Positions 9,258 through 17,275 of a stretch of 64,000 bases of DNA are shown here, in pieces. The stretch lies in NCBI GenBank assembly GCA_015059425.1, contig SVAM01000001.1, positions 28,027 to 92,026 on the forward strand, in the 5' to 3' direction. Below the pieces are notes generated by a model, which saw only the letters and a program-made list of their open reading frames with translations, did not search any database and was not told where the DNA came from. Every line of letters begins with the position of its first letter. The first letter of the stretch is position 1. The position numbers were made by a program, and so were the translations under genes. The DNA is from Bacillota bacterium (GTDB lineage Bacteria > Bacillota_I > Bacilli_A > RF39 > UBA660).

Positions 9258-9373
9258 TGGTATAATTTTGACTTGTCAGACCCAGCTTAATGCGTATAAA
9301 GAGACATCTTTTGCGCATTATTTTTTTGCCCTAAATTAAGCTAAAGGGTTGATTATAAAATAAGGAGGAGAAA
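9258..9373 (+). promoter_or_regulatory. Promoter (TGGTATAAT) and 5' leader holding a terminator-like hairpin and an alternative pairing, upstream of the MATE fusion gene. It is an attenuator or riboswitch candidate.
   Basis: The extended -10 tggtataat is at 9258-9266. A hairpin aatgcgtataaagagacatcttttgcgcatt is followed by a T7 run. The upstream agcttaat can pair with the downstream attaagct next to the RBS. Confidence 0.35.
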
Positions 9374-11353
9374 ATGGAAAATCAAGAAAACAACAGATAT
9401 CTTGGAGAAGAAAAGATATCAAAAATTTTATTCAAATTTGCTATTCCATGTATATTATCACTATTAATTAGTTCTTTATATAATATAGTTGACCAAATAT
9501 TCATTGGACATAGTGAATTAGGTTATTTAGGAAATGCAGCAACATCAGTAGTATTTCCTATAACAATTATTTCAGTTGCGTTTGCATGGTGCTTTGGTGA
9601 TGGTTCAGCAGCTTTCTTATCACTAGCACAAGGAAGAAAAGATACAAAAGATGTTCATAAAGGAATTGGAAATAGTATCTTAATTAACTTCATTATAAGC
9701 ATTATATTTGTAATATTAGGCTTTATATTTATGGAACCACTATTAAGAATGTTTGGTGCTTCAGATGTTACATTAGGGATAGCTAAAGATTATTTTAAAA
9801 TAATTCTACTATTTATTCCTGTGTACATGATGGCTAATGTAATGAATCCAATTATTAGAGCAGATGGTTCACCATTAGGAGCTATGATTGCTACTTTAGT
9901 TGGAGCAATTACAAATATTATTTTAGACCCAATATTTATATTTGTGTTTGATATGGGAATTGAAGGAGCTGCTTGGGCTACAATTATAGGACAAGTATTA
10001 TCATTAATAATTTCTATAATTTATTTTGTTAAATATACAAAGACTTTTAAACTTTCAAAAGATAGTTTTAAAGTAAATATTGGTATATTTAGTAACATTA
10101 TTAAACTGGGAGTTAGTACATTTATAACACAAATGTCTATAGTAATTATTTCATTAGTTTGTAATATTATGTTGGCAAAATATGGTGCGATGTCAAAATA
10201 TGGTGCAGATATTCCTATTGCAACTATGGGTATTTGTATGAAAGTATTTACTATTGTTATTAATATAGTAGTTGGTATCATATTAGGAGCACAACCAATT
10301 TTAGGATATAACTTTGGAGCGAAGAAAATTGATAGAGTTAAACAAACTTATAAGATAGTATTAATTTCTACTATAATAGTTGGTATTTTGTCAACATTAG
10401 TATTTGAATTATGTCCTGAAGTTGTTATTAAAATGTTTGGTACTGAATCAGATTTATATATGGAATTTGCAGTTATAACATTTAGAATATTCTTAATGCT
10501 AATTACATTTACTTGTACAATTAAAATGACATCAATATTTTTTCAAGCAGTTGGAGATCCAGTTAAAGCAGCAATCACATCTTTATTAAGAGATATTGTT
10601 TGTTTTGTTCCTATGGTAATTATTTTACCTAAATTCTTCGGAGTAAAAGGAGCATTATATGCTGCACCTGTAGCAGATGTTGTGGGTATTTTAGTATCTT
10701 CAGTATTGGTAGTTGTATTCTTTAAGAAAATTAGTTCAACTAAGAAAGTAAAAGTTGAAAAAGCAAAATTACTTAATTCTAAAGAAGGAATTATTATTGC
10801 TATTTCAAGAAGTCATGGTAGTCAAGGTAAATATATTGGTAAATTAATATCTGAACAATTAAAGATACCTTATTACTATAAAGAAATGACAGCTTTAGCT
10901 GCACAAGAAGCTGGATTAGATAGAGAGTTTATTGATAAATTAAATTCATCAAATAATATTTTAAGGGATCTATATTTAACTACAGAACCAGTTAAATATG
11001 CTATTGAAGCTCAAGAAAAAGCAATTAATATGATTGCTGATAAAGGTTCTTGCGTAATAGTTGGTAGAGCTGCTGACTATGTATTAAGAGATAGAAAAAA
11101 TGTCATTAAAGTTTTCATTACCGCTGATGAGGAAACAAGAATTAAAAATGTTATGAATATGTATAAAGATAAAAAATCAGATGCAATAAAAAATATTAAA
11201 AAATCTGATAAAAATAGATCTAGTTATTATAAAGCTATTTCTGGTAAAGAATGGGGCAAAGCTGAAAACTATGATTTATGTATAGACTCTTCCATCGGTG
11301 TTGAAGAAACTGCAAAAGTAATAATTAATTACCTAAATACTTTAAATAAATAA
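9374..11353 (+). CDS. MATE-family efflux transporter fused to a C-terminal cytidylate-kinase-like (AAA-type NMP kinase) domain.
   Basis: About 450 aa with 12 TM helices and typical MATE composition. The C-terminus GIIIAISRSHGSQGKYIGKLISEQLKIPYY...VIVGRAADYVLRD is a CMP-kinase-like fold. Confidence 0.8.
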   Translation: MENQENNRYLGEEKISKILFKFAIPCILSLLISSLYNIVDQIFIGHSELGYLGNAATSVVFPITIISVAFAWCFGDGSAAFLSLAQGRKDTKDVHKGIGNSILINFIISIIFVILGFIFMEPLLRMFGASDVTLGIAKDYFKIILLFIPVYMMANVMNPIIRADGSPLGAMIATLVGAITNIILDPIFIFVFDMGIEGAAWATIIGQVLSLIISIIYFVKYTKTFKLSKDSFKVNIGIFSNIIKLGVSTFITQMSIVIISLVCNIMLAKYGAMSKYGADIPIATMGICMKVFTIVINIVVGIILGAQPILGYNFGAKKIDRVKQTYKIVLISTIIVGILSTLVFELCPEVVIKMFGTESDLYMEFAVITFRIFLMLITFTCTIKMTSIFFQAVGDPVKAAITSLLRDIVCFVPMVIILPKFFGVKGALYAAPVADVVGILVSSVLVVVFFKKISSTKKVKVEKAKLLNSKEGIIIAISRSHGSQGKYIGKLISEQLKIPYYYKEMTALAAQEAGLDREFIDKLNSSNNILRDLYLTTEPVKYAIEAQEKAINMIADKGSCVIVGRAADYVLRDRKNVIKVFITADEETRIKNVMNMYKDKKSDAIKNIKKSDKNRSSYYKAISGKEWGKAENYDLCIDSSIGVEETAKVIINYLNTLNK

Positions 11354-11371
11354 AAACAAATTACAATTTAA

Positions 11372-11397
11372 CGAGCAGATGTAACAATCTGCTTTTC
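11372..11397 (+). terminator. Rho-independent terminator after the MATE fusion gene.
   Basis: Hairpin gagcagatgtaacaatctgcttt followed by tcttat. Confidence 0.5.
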
Positions 11398-11439
11398 TTA
11401 TGGTCTAAATCTTAACCAAGTAAAAAGAGCAATCACTCA

Positions 11440-11925
11440 TTAATCGCTCTCTCTATCACTAAACTTCAAAATCAATTCATCTATAACAGCATCTTGACCA
11501 CTTTTTTCTATCATCTCTTGTAGTGTTCCATCTGCTCTTAAACGTTCTATTTCCTCTAATATAGGACCTAGACGACAATCTGGATGCTTAATATTTCTAG
11601 GATCAAACAATAATGCCACCATCTGATTAAAAAACAAACGATTATGGCTCACTAGTTTCGGATTGATATTACATTTGATAATGCAATCTTGGTCAAAATC
11701 AGCAGTTGAATCATCAGCAGAATACTCATTAATCAACTCTTGTACCATTTCCATTGCTGATTTCTTCAAAACATAAGGTTTCTTTCTTCCATAGGTTAAT
11801 ACATTTGCATCATCATACAAGGTAATCCAGTTCTTATCGTATCTTTCAAGCTTAACCAACCAAGTTCTATCTTTCATAGCACAACTCCTCTCAAATAACC
11901 ACCTAATTCGGCATTCTTTGCCCAT
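11440..11925 (-). CDS. Hypothetical protein (161 aa) in a locally higher-GC segment.
   Basis: Long ORF. Its codon usage is visibly richer in G/C than the surrounding genes. Confidence 0.4.
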   Translation of the reverse strand: MGKECRIRWLFERSCAMKDRTWLVKLERYDKNWITLYDDANVLTYGRKKPYVLKKSAMEMVQELINEYSADDSTADFDQDCIIKCNINPKLVSHNRLFFNQMVALLFDPRNIKHPDCRLGPILEEIERLRADGTLQEMIEKSGQDAVIDELILKFSDRESD

Positions 11926-12110
11926 TTGGCGAATCTTTCGAACAAAGTAATAGAAACACCCACTAACAAAGAAAAGAAACGAAAATCAAGACGTTTTGAA
12001 ATCGTAATATTTCTCTCAAAATAGAAGGACATTTCTACAATAGGATGTTCTATTAAAATATATAAAAAAGCTGTAAAAACCCTAAAAAAGGTAGAAAAAC
12101 CATAAAGAAA

Positions 12111-12437
12111 TCATTCTTCTTCGAACCAATCTATATATACAGGTCTAGTATAGCGCTTAATATTTGCTAATAAAGCTACTTTAAAATAAGCGTATAAACA
12201 TTCAATATCATTTCCATCCTCATCTTTTAGATGATTTCTCTTTATACAGGATATTGTATAGCTAGTGCAATATAGCACAACACGATACTGAAAATGCTGA
12301 AGTAGCTCACTAAAGAATTCATTCCATAGACTCAACTCGAATTCGGAAGGTTCTATTATCAGCTTTCTCCTAATTAGTTCTGAAACAAACAACATGGGTG
12401 TATTTTCATATTTCTTGGAACTTGTAACTTCTTTCAT
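12111..12437 (-). CDS. Hypothetical protein (108 aa).
   Basis: ORF only. Confidence 0.4.
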   Translation of the reverse strand: MKEVTSSKKYENTPMLFVSELIRRKLIIEPSEFELSLWNEFFSELLQHFQYRVVLYCTSYTISCIKRNHLKDEDGNDIECLYAYFKVALLANIKRYTRPVYIDWFEEE

Positions 12438-12772
12438 TTTCCTATCACCTTTGATTTTGTATTTAACCTTAAAAGTAAAACATAATCAATAGGAAATAGA
12501 ACAGAATATAAATATTATTACTTACTCCTTCACATTGTGAAGACAGCAGAAAAGGCAACCCACACTTCGTTGCACTAAAAACCCATATAAAAGTATAAAT
12601 AATACTAGGTATTGTTCTTGAAAATAAGATTAAGTAAAACCATTAACATGCTCTCCTGCAAGCTACGCCGGATCCACCGAATCACGCAACGCTTCATGCA
12701 ACGATCCACAGAACCAGCTTTACCTGCAGCAGTTGCCGATAAAAACAAAACCAGTTTCACTCCTTTGCATGC

Positions 12773-13162
12773 TTAATCTAACGAAGTTAATAAATAATCA
12801 TGCATAATAGAAACAAACTCACCATCACCGATCAAAAACTTACGATATGATTTCTTGTTAAATATAATCTCTAGGAATTCACGCTCGTAAGGCCAACCTT
12901 TAACCGTCAGGTCATCACGCTTAACATTACTTACATCCCAGAACTTGGCTATAAATCCATATATATCCTGAACTTCATATCCAACTATCTTGATATAATG
13001 GGCATACTCGTTGATGTAATATCGAATTTTCTTCATAGAAGTTGATTTAAGCTTACCAATTAAAGGTCCAGTTCCATCAATATAGACACGTCCATCTTCG
13101 TAAGCAACCAGCTTCATTCCATTAAATGGATTCTTAAGTTTAACAATCCAATGTGCTTTCAT
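12773..13162 (-). CDS. Hypothetical protein (129 aa).
   Basis: ORF only. Confidence 0.4.
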   Translation of the reverse strand: MKAHWIVKLKNPFNGMKLVAYEDGRVYIDGTGPLIGKLKSTSMKKIRYYINEYAHYIKIVGYEVQDIYGFIAKFWDVSNVKRDDLTVKGWPYEREFLEIIFNKKSYRKFLIGDGEFVSIMHDYLLTSLD

Positions 13163-13403
13163 ACATTCTCAAATCCTCTCTAAATTCAAAATATTTAGCA
13201 ACTTTAAACCGGTTTGAGAGACTTTAAAGCAAAACTAGTATAAATAACCATAGTCACTTCAAAATCTCCGCTTGACCAGCTTAATCAAATAAAATAATCA
13301 TCTTATATCTGCATATACATCTTCTAGTGAAATTGTACGTCGATACTATAATTGGGATTCCTACCATCTAAATCACTAATATCATTATCTAAAATTCCTA
13401 TTC

Positions 13404-13601
13404 CTATAGAATTGTATCTATAAGCGAATCCCTACCATCTAAATCTCTCTTTGCTTTAAAACTTTCTTTTGAAATAATAGCCTTATGATTGTTAGTATTA
13501 TTATTAATATCTTTATTATTGTTATTGCGTTTTCCGAGTAGGCAATCTCGTACAAAGTTGTAAAAACGTCGCTGTAAATCCGATGATTCATCAACCATCA
13601 T
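13404..13601 (-). CDS. Hypothetical small protein (65 aa). Doubtful.
   Basis: Asn-rich low-complexity ORF. Confidence 0.2.
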   Translation of the reverse strand: MMVDESSDLQRRFYNFVRDCLLGKRNNNNKDINNNTNNHKAIISKESFKAKRDLDGRDSLIDTIL

Positions 13602-13715
13602 AGTAATATAAAATCAAATTGACAATTCTTAATGGATTATCTTAAAAGTCGTGAAGGTGAAGAACTACTCAGACAATCCATCAACTGTCACATTACTATA
13701 CGAAATCTAAATAAC

Positions 13716-13929
13716 ATTTTTCACTAAACTATCAAAAAAAGAAAAAAACATCATAATAAACTCGAAAGGTAATCTAACAATTGCCATAGTACTATACGAA
13801 ATCTAGTCACCAATTTACTCAAAAACATACAAAAAGTAATATTAATTATTATAAAAACTAAAACATTTCTGAGCACATTCAACCATCATAATTCACTTCA
13901 AAAACTTCCCTAGTGTTACTTGGGATATA
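13716..13929. repeat. Copy C of the bipartite non-coding module, immediately upstream of the methyltransferase promoter.
   Basis: The block acatttttcactaaactatcaaaaaaagaaaaaaac is at 13714-13750 and the palindrome tccctagtGTtacttggga is at 13907-13925. An extended -10 (gtggtataat) for the MTase follows at ~14020. Confidence 0.5.
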
Positions 13930-14057
13930 TTTTAACTAATCAAAAAGACAGATATATAGATTGGAATATTTAAACTAATAACATTGATTATTGTAGTTAC
14001 ATTCTAAAATTGGTTAAAAAGTGGTATAATATTTACTGATTAAATGGAGGTGTTATA

Positions 14058-16289
14058 ATGGGAAGAATGAAAAGTGTTGGAACAATCACAAAAAACTTAA
14101 AAAAAGCTTTGACAGGATATAACAAAGGTCAGGATATAACTAGTTATGAAAAATACATATACTTAATCTTATTCTACCGCTTTCTTTCTGAAAGCATAAT
14201 CAAACATATTCAAACTAACTTCAATGTAAATTATATTGAACTAAATAACAATGAGGCAGAAGCATATAAATCTCAAGTGCAAAGTGATATAGATTTCTTC
14301 ATATACCCAGAAGACTTATTCCAAAATATTGTAGCAAAAGAATTGAATAGTAGTCGTTTAGATTCAACATTAAACTCAATATTCAAGAATATCAAACAGT
14401 CTTCTAAATATGAGATATGTGAAATCTTTAGAAACATAGATACTGAAGCAGAAGGTATTGGAACTAGTCAAAATATAAGGAGTAATATATATTCAACCAT
14501 ATTAAAAGCTATATCAGATATTGACTATGACATTAACAAATCTGATTATGACTTATTTGGTAATATCTTTGAATTCTTACTAAACAATAAAGATACAAAC
14601 AATACCATGAGTCTTAAAAACGGCATATTCTATACTCAACCATCAGTAGTAAAACTATTAAAAAAGATTTCAGACCAATATATTACTGATCCTAATAACA
14701 TCTACGATCCTACTTGTGGAAGTGGTTCATTATTAACCGAATATGCAAGATTTAACAATACTATACCTTTCTATGGCAAAGAATTAAATGCAATACCTGC
14801 TATGTTATGTAGAATGAATATGATAATACACAATGTAAAAGACTTTAAAATTACTCAATGTGATACATTGCTAACTTATGATAAAGAAGAAAAAGAAAAG
14901 TACGATTTGATATTTGCTAACCCACCATTTGGAATACCTTGGAATAAATCAACTTTGCGAGAAGACGATGAAAGATTCAATGACAAACCTCTTCCTAATA
15001 AAGAGTTAGCTGATTGGGCATTCATATACCATATCATATACACGCTAAATAAAAATGGATTAGCGTTGGCAATTGATACACCAAACATGTTATCCAGAAC
15101 AAATCCTGAAGAAACTGCAGTAAAAAAACATTTAGTTGATAGCAATCAAATAGATACAATAATACTACTACCTAGAAAGATGTTCCTAAGAACTGATACC
15201 GGTACATGTCTGTTTCTGATTCGAAAAAACAAAACAGACAACAATATATTATTTGTTGATGCAGGTAACATATGTACTAAGAATAGTAATCAAGTAACTT
15301 TTAGTGATGAAAATATAGATAACATCATAGAACTTATATTAGGTAGAAAGAGCATAGACAACCTATCGTACTTAGCAACTCCAGAAGAAATAGCAAATCA
15401 CAAATATTCATTAAATATTTGTGACTACATTAATTATAAAAAAGAACACACATTTACAACTATTGAGGATGTATGCTTATCTGATTTCATTTACGAGAAT
15501 GAAGAAGAAGCTAATTACAAATCACGTTTAAAGTATAATACACAAATTAAAAGGGTTAACGAATGTATAGTCAATACTTTAGAACAACTAAAACAAAGCA
15601 ATCAAATTAAAATGATTCCACTAGCTAATGTTGCCGATATAACTATTGGTTCTAAAATAAAAGACATGAAAATAGATACCAACGATAATTTCCCATATCG
15701 CTACATTACAACAAAGGAAATACAAAATGGTGCTGTTATAGAAGACAGTTCGCTAATGTATATCAAAGAAAACAAAAGTATTCATACAGAAAGAATAAGA
15801 AAAGAAGACTTAGATGAGTTCATTAATAAAGGAAAGTTGAAAAAGGATGATGTATTATTCGCTATTTACTCAAAAGGTACCAAGGCAGCTATAGTACAAA
15901 AACCTAACTTTATATTCTCGGATAGTGTATTTCGATTAAGACCATTTAAAGATATAGAAGACGAAGTATCACCTACATATCTAAGATATGTATTAGAATC
16001 AGATTACTTTGTAGAAAAAATCAATAAACATATCAAAAGATACTATAATAATACTTCTTCTCCTACTAACTATATTACACTCGAAGACTTTAGGCAATTA
16101 ACGATTCCGGTTATTCCTCTAGGTGCTCAAGCAGATATTTGTCTATTGCTAACACTAATGGAAGCGAAATATACAGAACTTGAATTAGCTCTTAAAAGAG
16201 AACTAGAAGTATACCAATATAGGTATCACACAAATACAAAGAAACTATTTAACGATGTAGAAACAGTTGAAGAAGATGAAGAAAACTAA
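14058..16289 (+). CDS. Type I-like N6-adenine DNA methyltransferase (HsdM-type, gamma class) fused to one HsdS-type target-recognition domain. No HsdR is present in the window.
   Basis: The HsdM N-domain (YEKYIYLILFYRFLSE) and DLFGNIFEFLL...GIFYTQPSVVKLL are present. Motif I is YDPTCGSGSLL and motif IV is FANPPFG. The C-terminal ~240 aa has the HsdS TRD signature LTIPVIPLGAQADICLLLTL plus a coiled-coil tail. Confidence 0.85.
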   Translation: MGRMKSVGTITKNLKKALTGYNKGQDITSYEKYIYLILFYRFLSESIIKHIQTNFNVNYIELNNNEAEAYKSQVQSDIDFFIYPEDLFQNIVAKELNSSRLDSTLNSIFKNIKQSSKYEICEIFRNIDTEAEGIGTSQNIRSNIYSTILKAISDIDYDINKSDYDLFGNIFEFLLNNKDTNNTMSLKNGIFYTQPSVVKLLKKISDQYITDPNNIYDPTCGSGSLLTEYARFNNTIPFYGKELNAIPAMLCRMNMIIHNVKDFKITQCDTLLTYDKEEKEKYDLIFANPPFGIPWNKSTLREDDERFNDKPLPNKELADWAFIYHIIYTLNKNGLALAIDTPNMLSRTNPEETAVKKHLVDSNQIDTIILLPRKMFLRTDTGTCLFLIRKNKTDNNILFVDAGNICTKNSNQVTFSDENIDNIIELILGRKSIDNLSYLATPEEIANHKYSLNICDYINYKKEHTFTTIEDVCLSDFIYENEEEANYKSRLKYNTQIKRVNECIVNTLEQLKQSNQIKMIPLANVADITIGSKIKDMKIDTNDNFPYRYITTKEIQNGAVIEDSSLMYIKENKSIHTERIRKEDLDEFINKGKLKKDDVLFAIYSKGTKAAIVQKPNFIFSDSVFRLRPFKDIEDEVSPTYLRYVLESDYFVEKINKHIKRYYNNTSSPTNYITLEDFRQLTIPVIPLGAQADICLLLTLMEAKYTELELALKRELEVYQYRYHTNTKKLFNDVETVEEDEEN

Positions 16290-16297
16290 AGGAAAGA

Positions 16298-16328
16298 GAA
16301 TGCTCTCTTTCCTTTGTTTTATATGGTC
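16298..16328. terminator. Bidirectional rho-independent terminator at the MTase 3' end and the truncated PBP 3' end.
   Basis: Perfect 9-bp stem ggaaagaga-atgc-tctctttcc followed by tttgtttt. Confidence 0.6.
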
Positions 16329-17229
16329 ACTGTATGGTAGGTACGTGCTTAAATGTACTTCCCGGTTCATAAGTCATCCATATAGGCAAATTACGGTTAA
16401 TAACTTCAGTTTTATAATCTTGATAATTGTTACTATTAAAGTTAGGTCGACTTGCCATTGCAAGTATTTCACCAGTATTAGGGTTCATAGCCATAATTAA
16501 TGCTTGCTCTGGATTATATTTATCTATCGCATTATCAAGCTCGTTTTCAACAGCCATTTGAATATCCATATCAATCGTAAGTTTTAAAGTTATTCCGCTT
16601 GTTGGAGCTTCATAAATTTCTGTTAATTCTAACTTATTTCCTTTTCCATCTGAAAAGTATTTTATTGCACCATCTGCACCAGTCAAATATTCATCATAAT
16701 AAAGTTCTATACCTGATAAACCTTGATTATCAATACCGACATAACCAAGAACATGTGACAAAACCGTTTCATAAGGATAATATCTTTTACTCTCTTTTAA
16801 AAGATATACCCCATCATATCCTAAAGCATCAATTTTTTCTGCAATATCAAAATCTAGTCTTCTTCCTTCTGGATGCACTCTTTCAATTGATGTAGATTTG
16901 GTTACATGTGAAAGCATATCTTTATAATCAGAATTTAAAATATTAGCTAAATCTTTTGCAACTTTCTCCGGTTCATCTATTTGCCCTGGTACTACTACTA
17001 ATGATACTGTAGTTACATTATTAGCCAAAACTTTACCATTTCTATCAACAATTAAACCTCTGTCAGCTTTAATAGGAAGTTCTCTGCTCCACAAACTTTC
17101 TGCCAAAGTATTCAATTTTTCATAAGTAAATACTTGTATATAAAATACTTTAATAATAATTGCAATCAAAATAATTATACATACTAAAAATATAAATCTA
17201 ATTCTTTCATGAATATTAGAATAAAACAT
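16327..17229 (-). pseudogene. SpoVD/FtsI-like class B penicillin-binding protein, N-terminal 300 aa only. It ends 6 codons after the SxxK active-site motif.
   Basis: A TM anchor and PBP dimerisation domain are followed by ...WMTYEPGSTFK-HVPTIQ-stop. The intact paralogue at 61192-63360 has YEPGSTMK at the equivalent position and continues for another ~390 aa. Confidence 0.75.
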
Positions 17230-17275
17230 ATAACCACCTAGAAAAATATATGCATAATTAAAAAAGTTAGAAGTT

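Noticed and set aside
12640-12740. GC-rich segment, considered as a tRNA or other canonical RNA gene
   Set aside because: It has no T-loop (GTTCGAATC-like) or acceptor-stem symmetry, and its length and structure do not fit a tRNA. I kept it only as a low-interest finding (possible small peptide or small RNA).
16267-16895. Plus-strand ORFs 16267-16500 and 16599-16895
   Set aside because: They overlap the truncated PBP gene on the opposite strand, and the first spans the MTase terminator. They are spurious.
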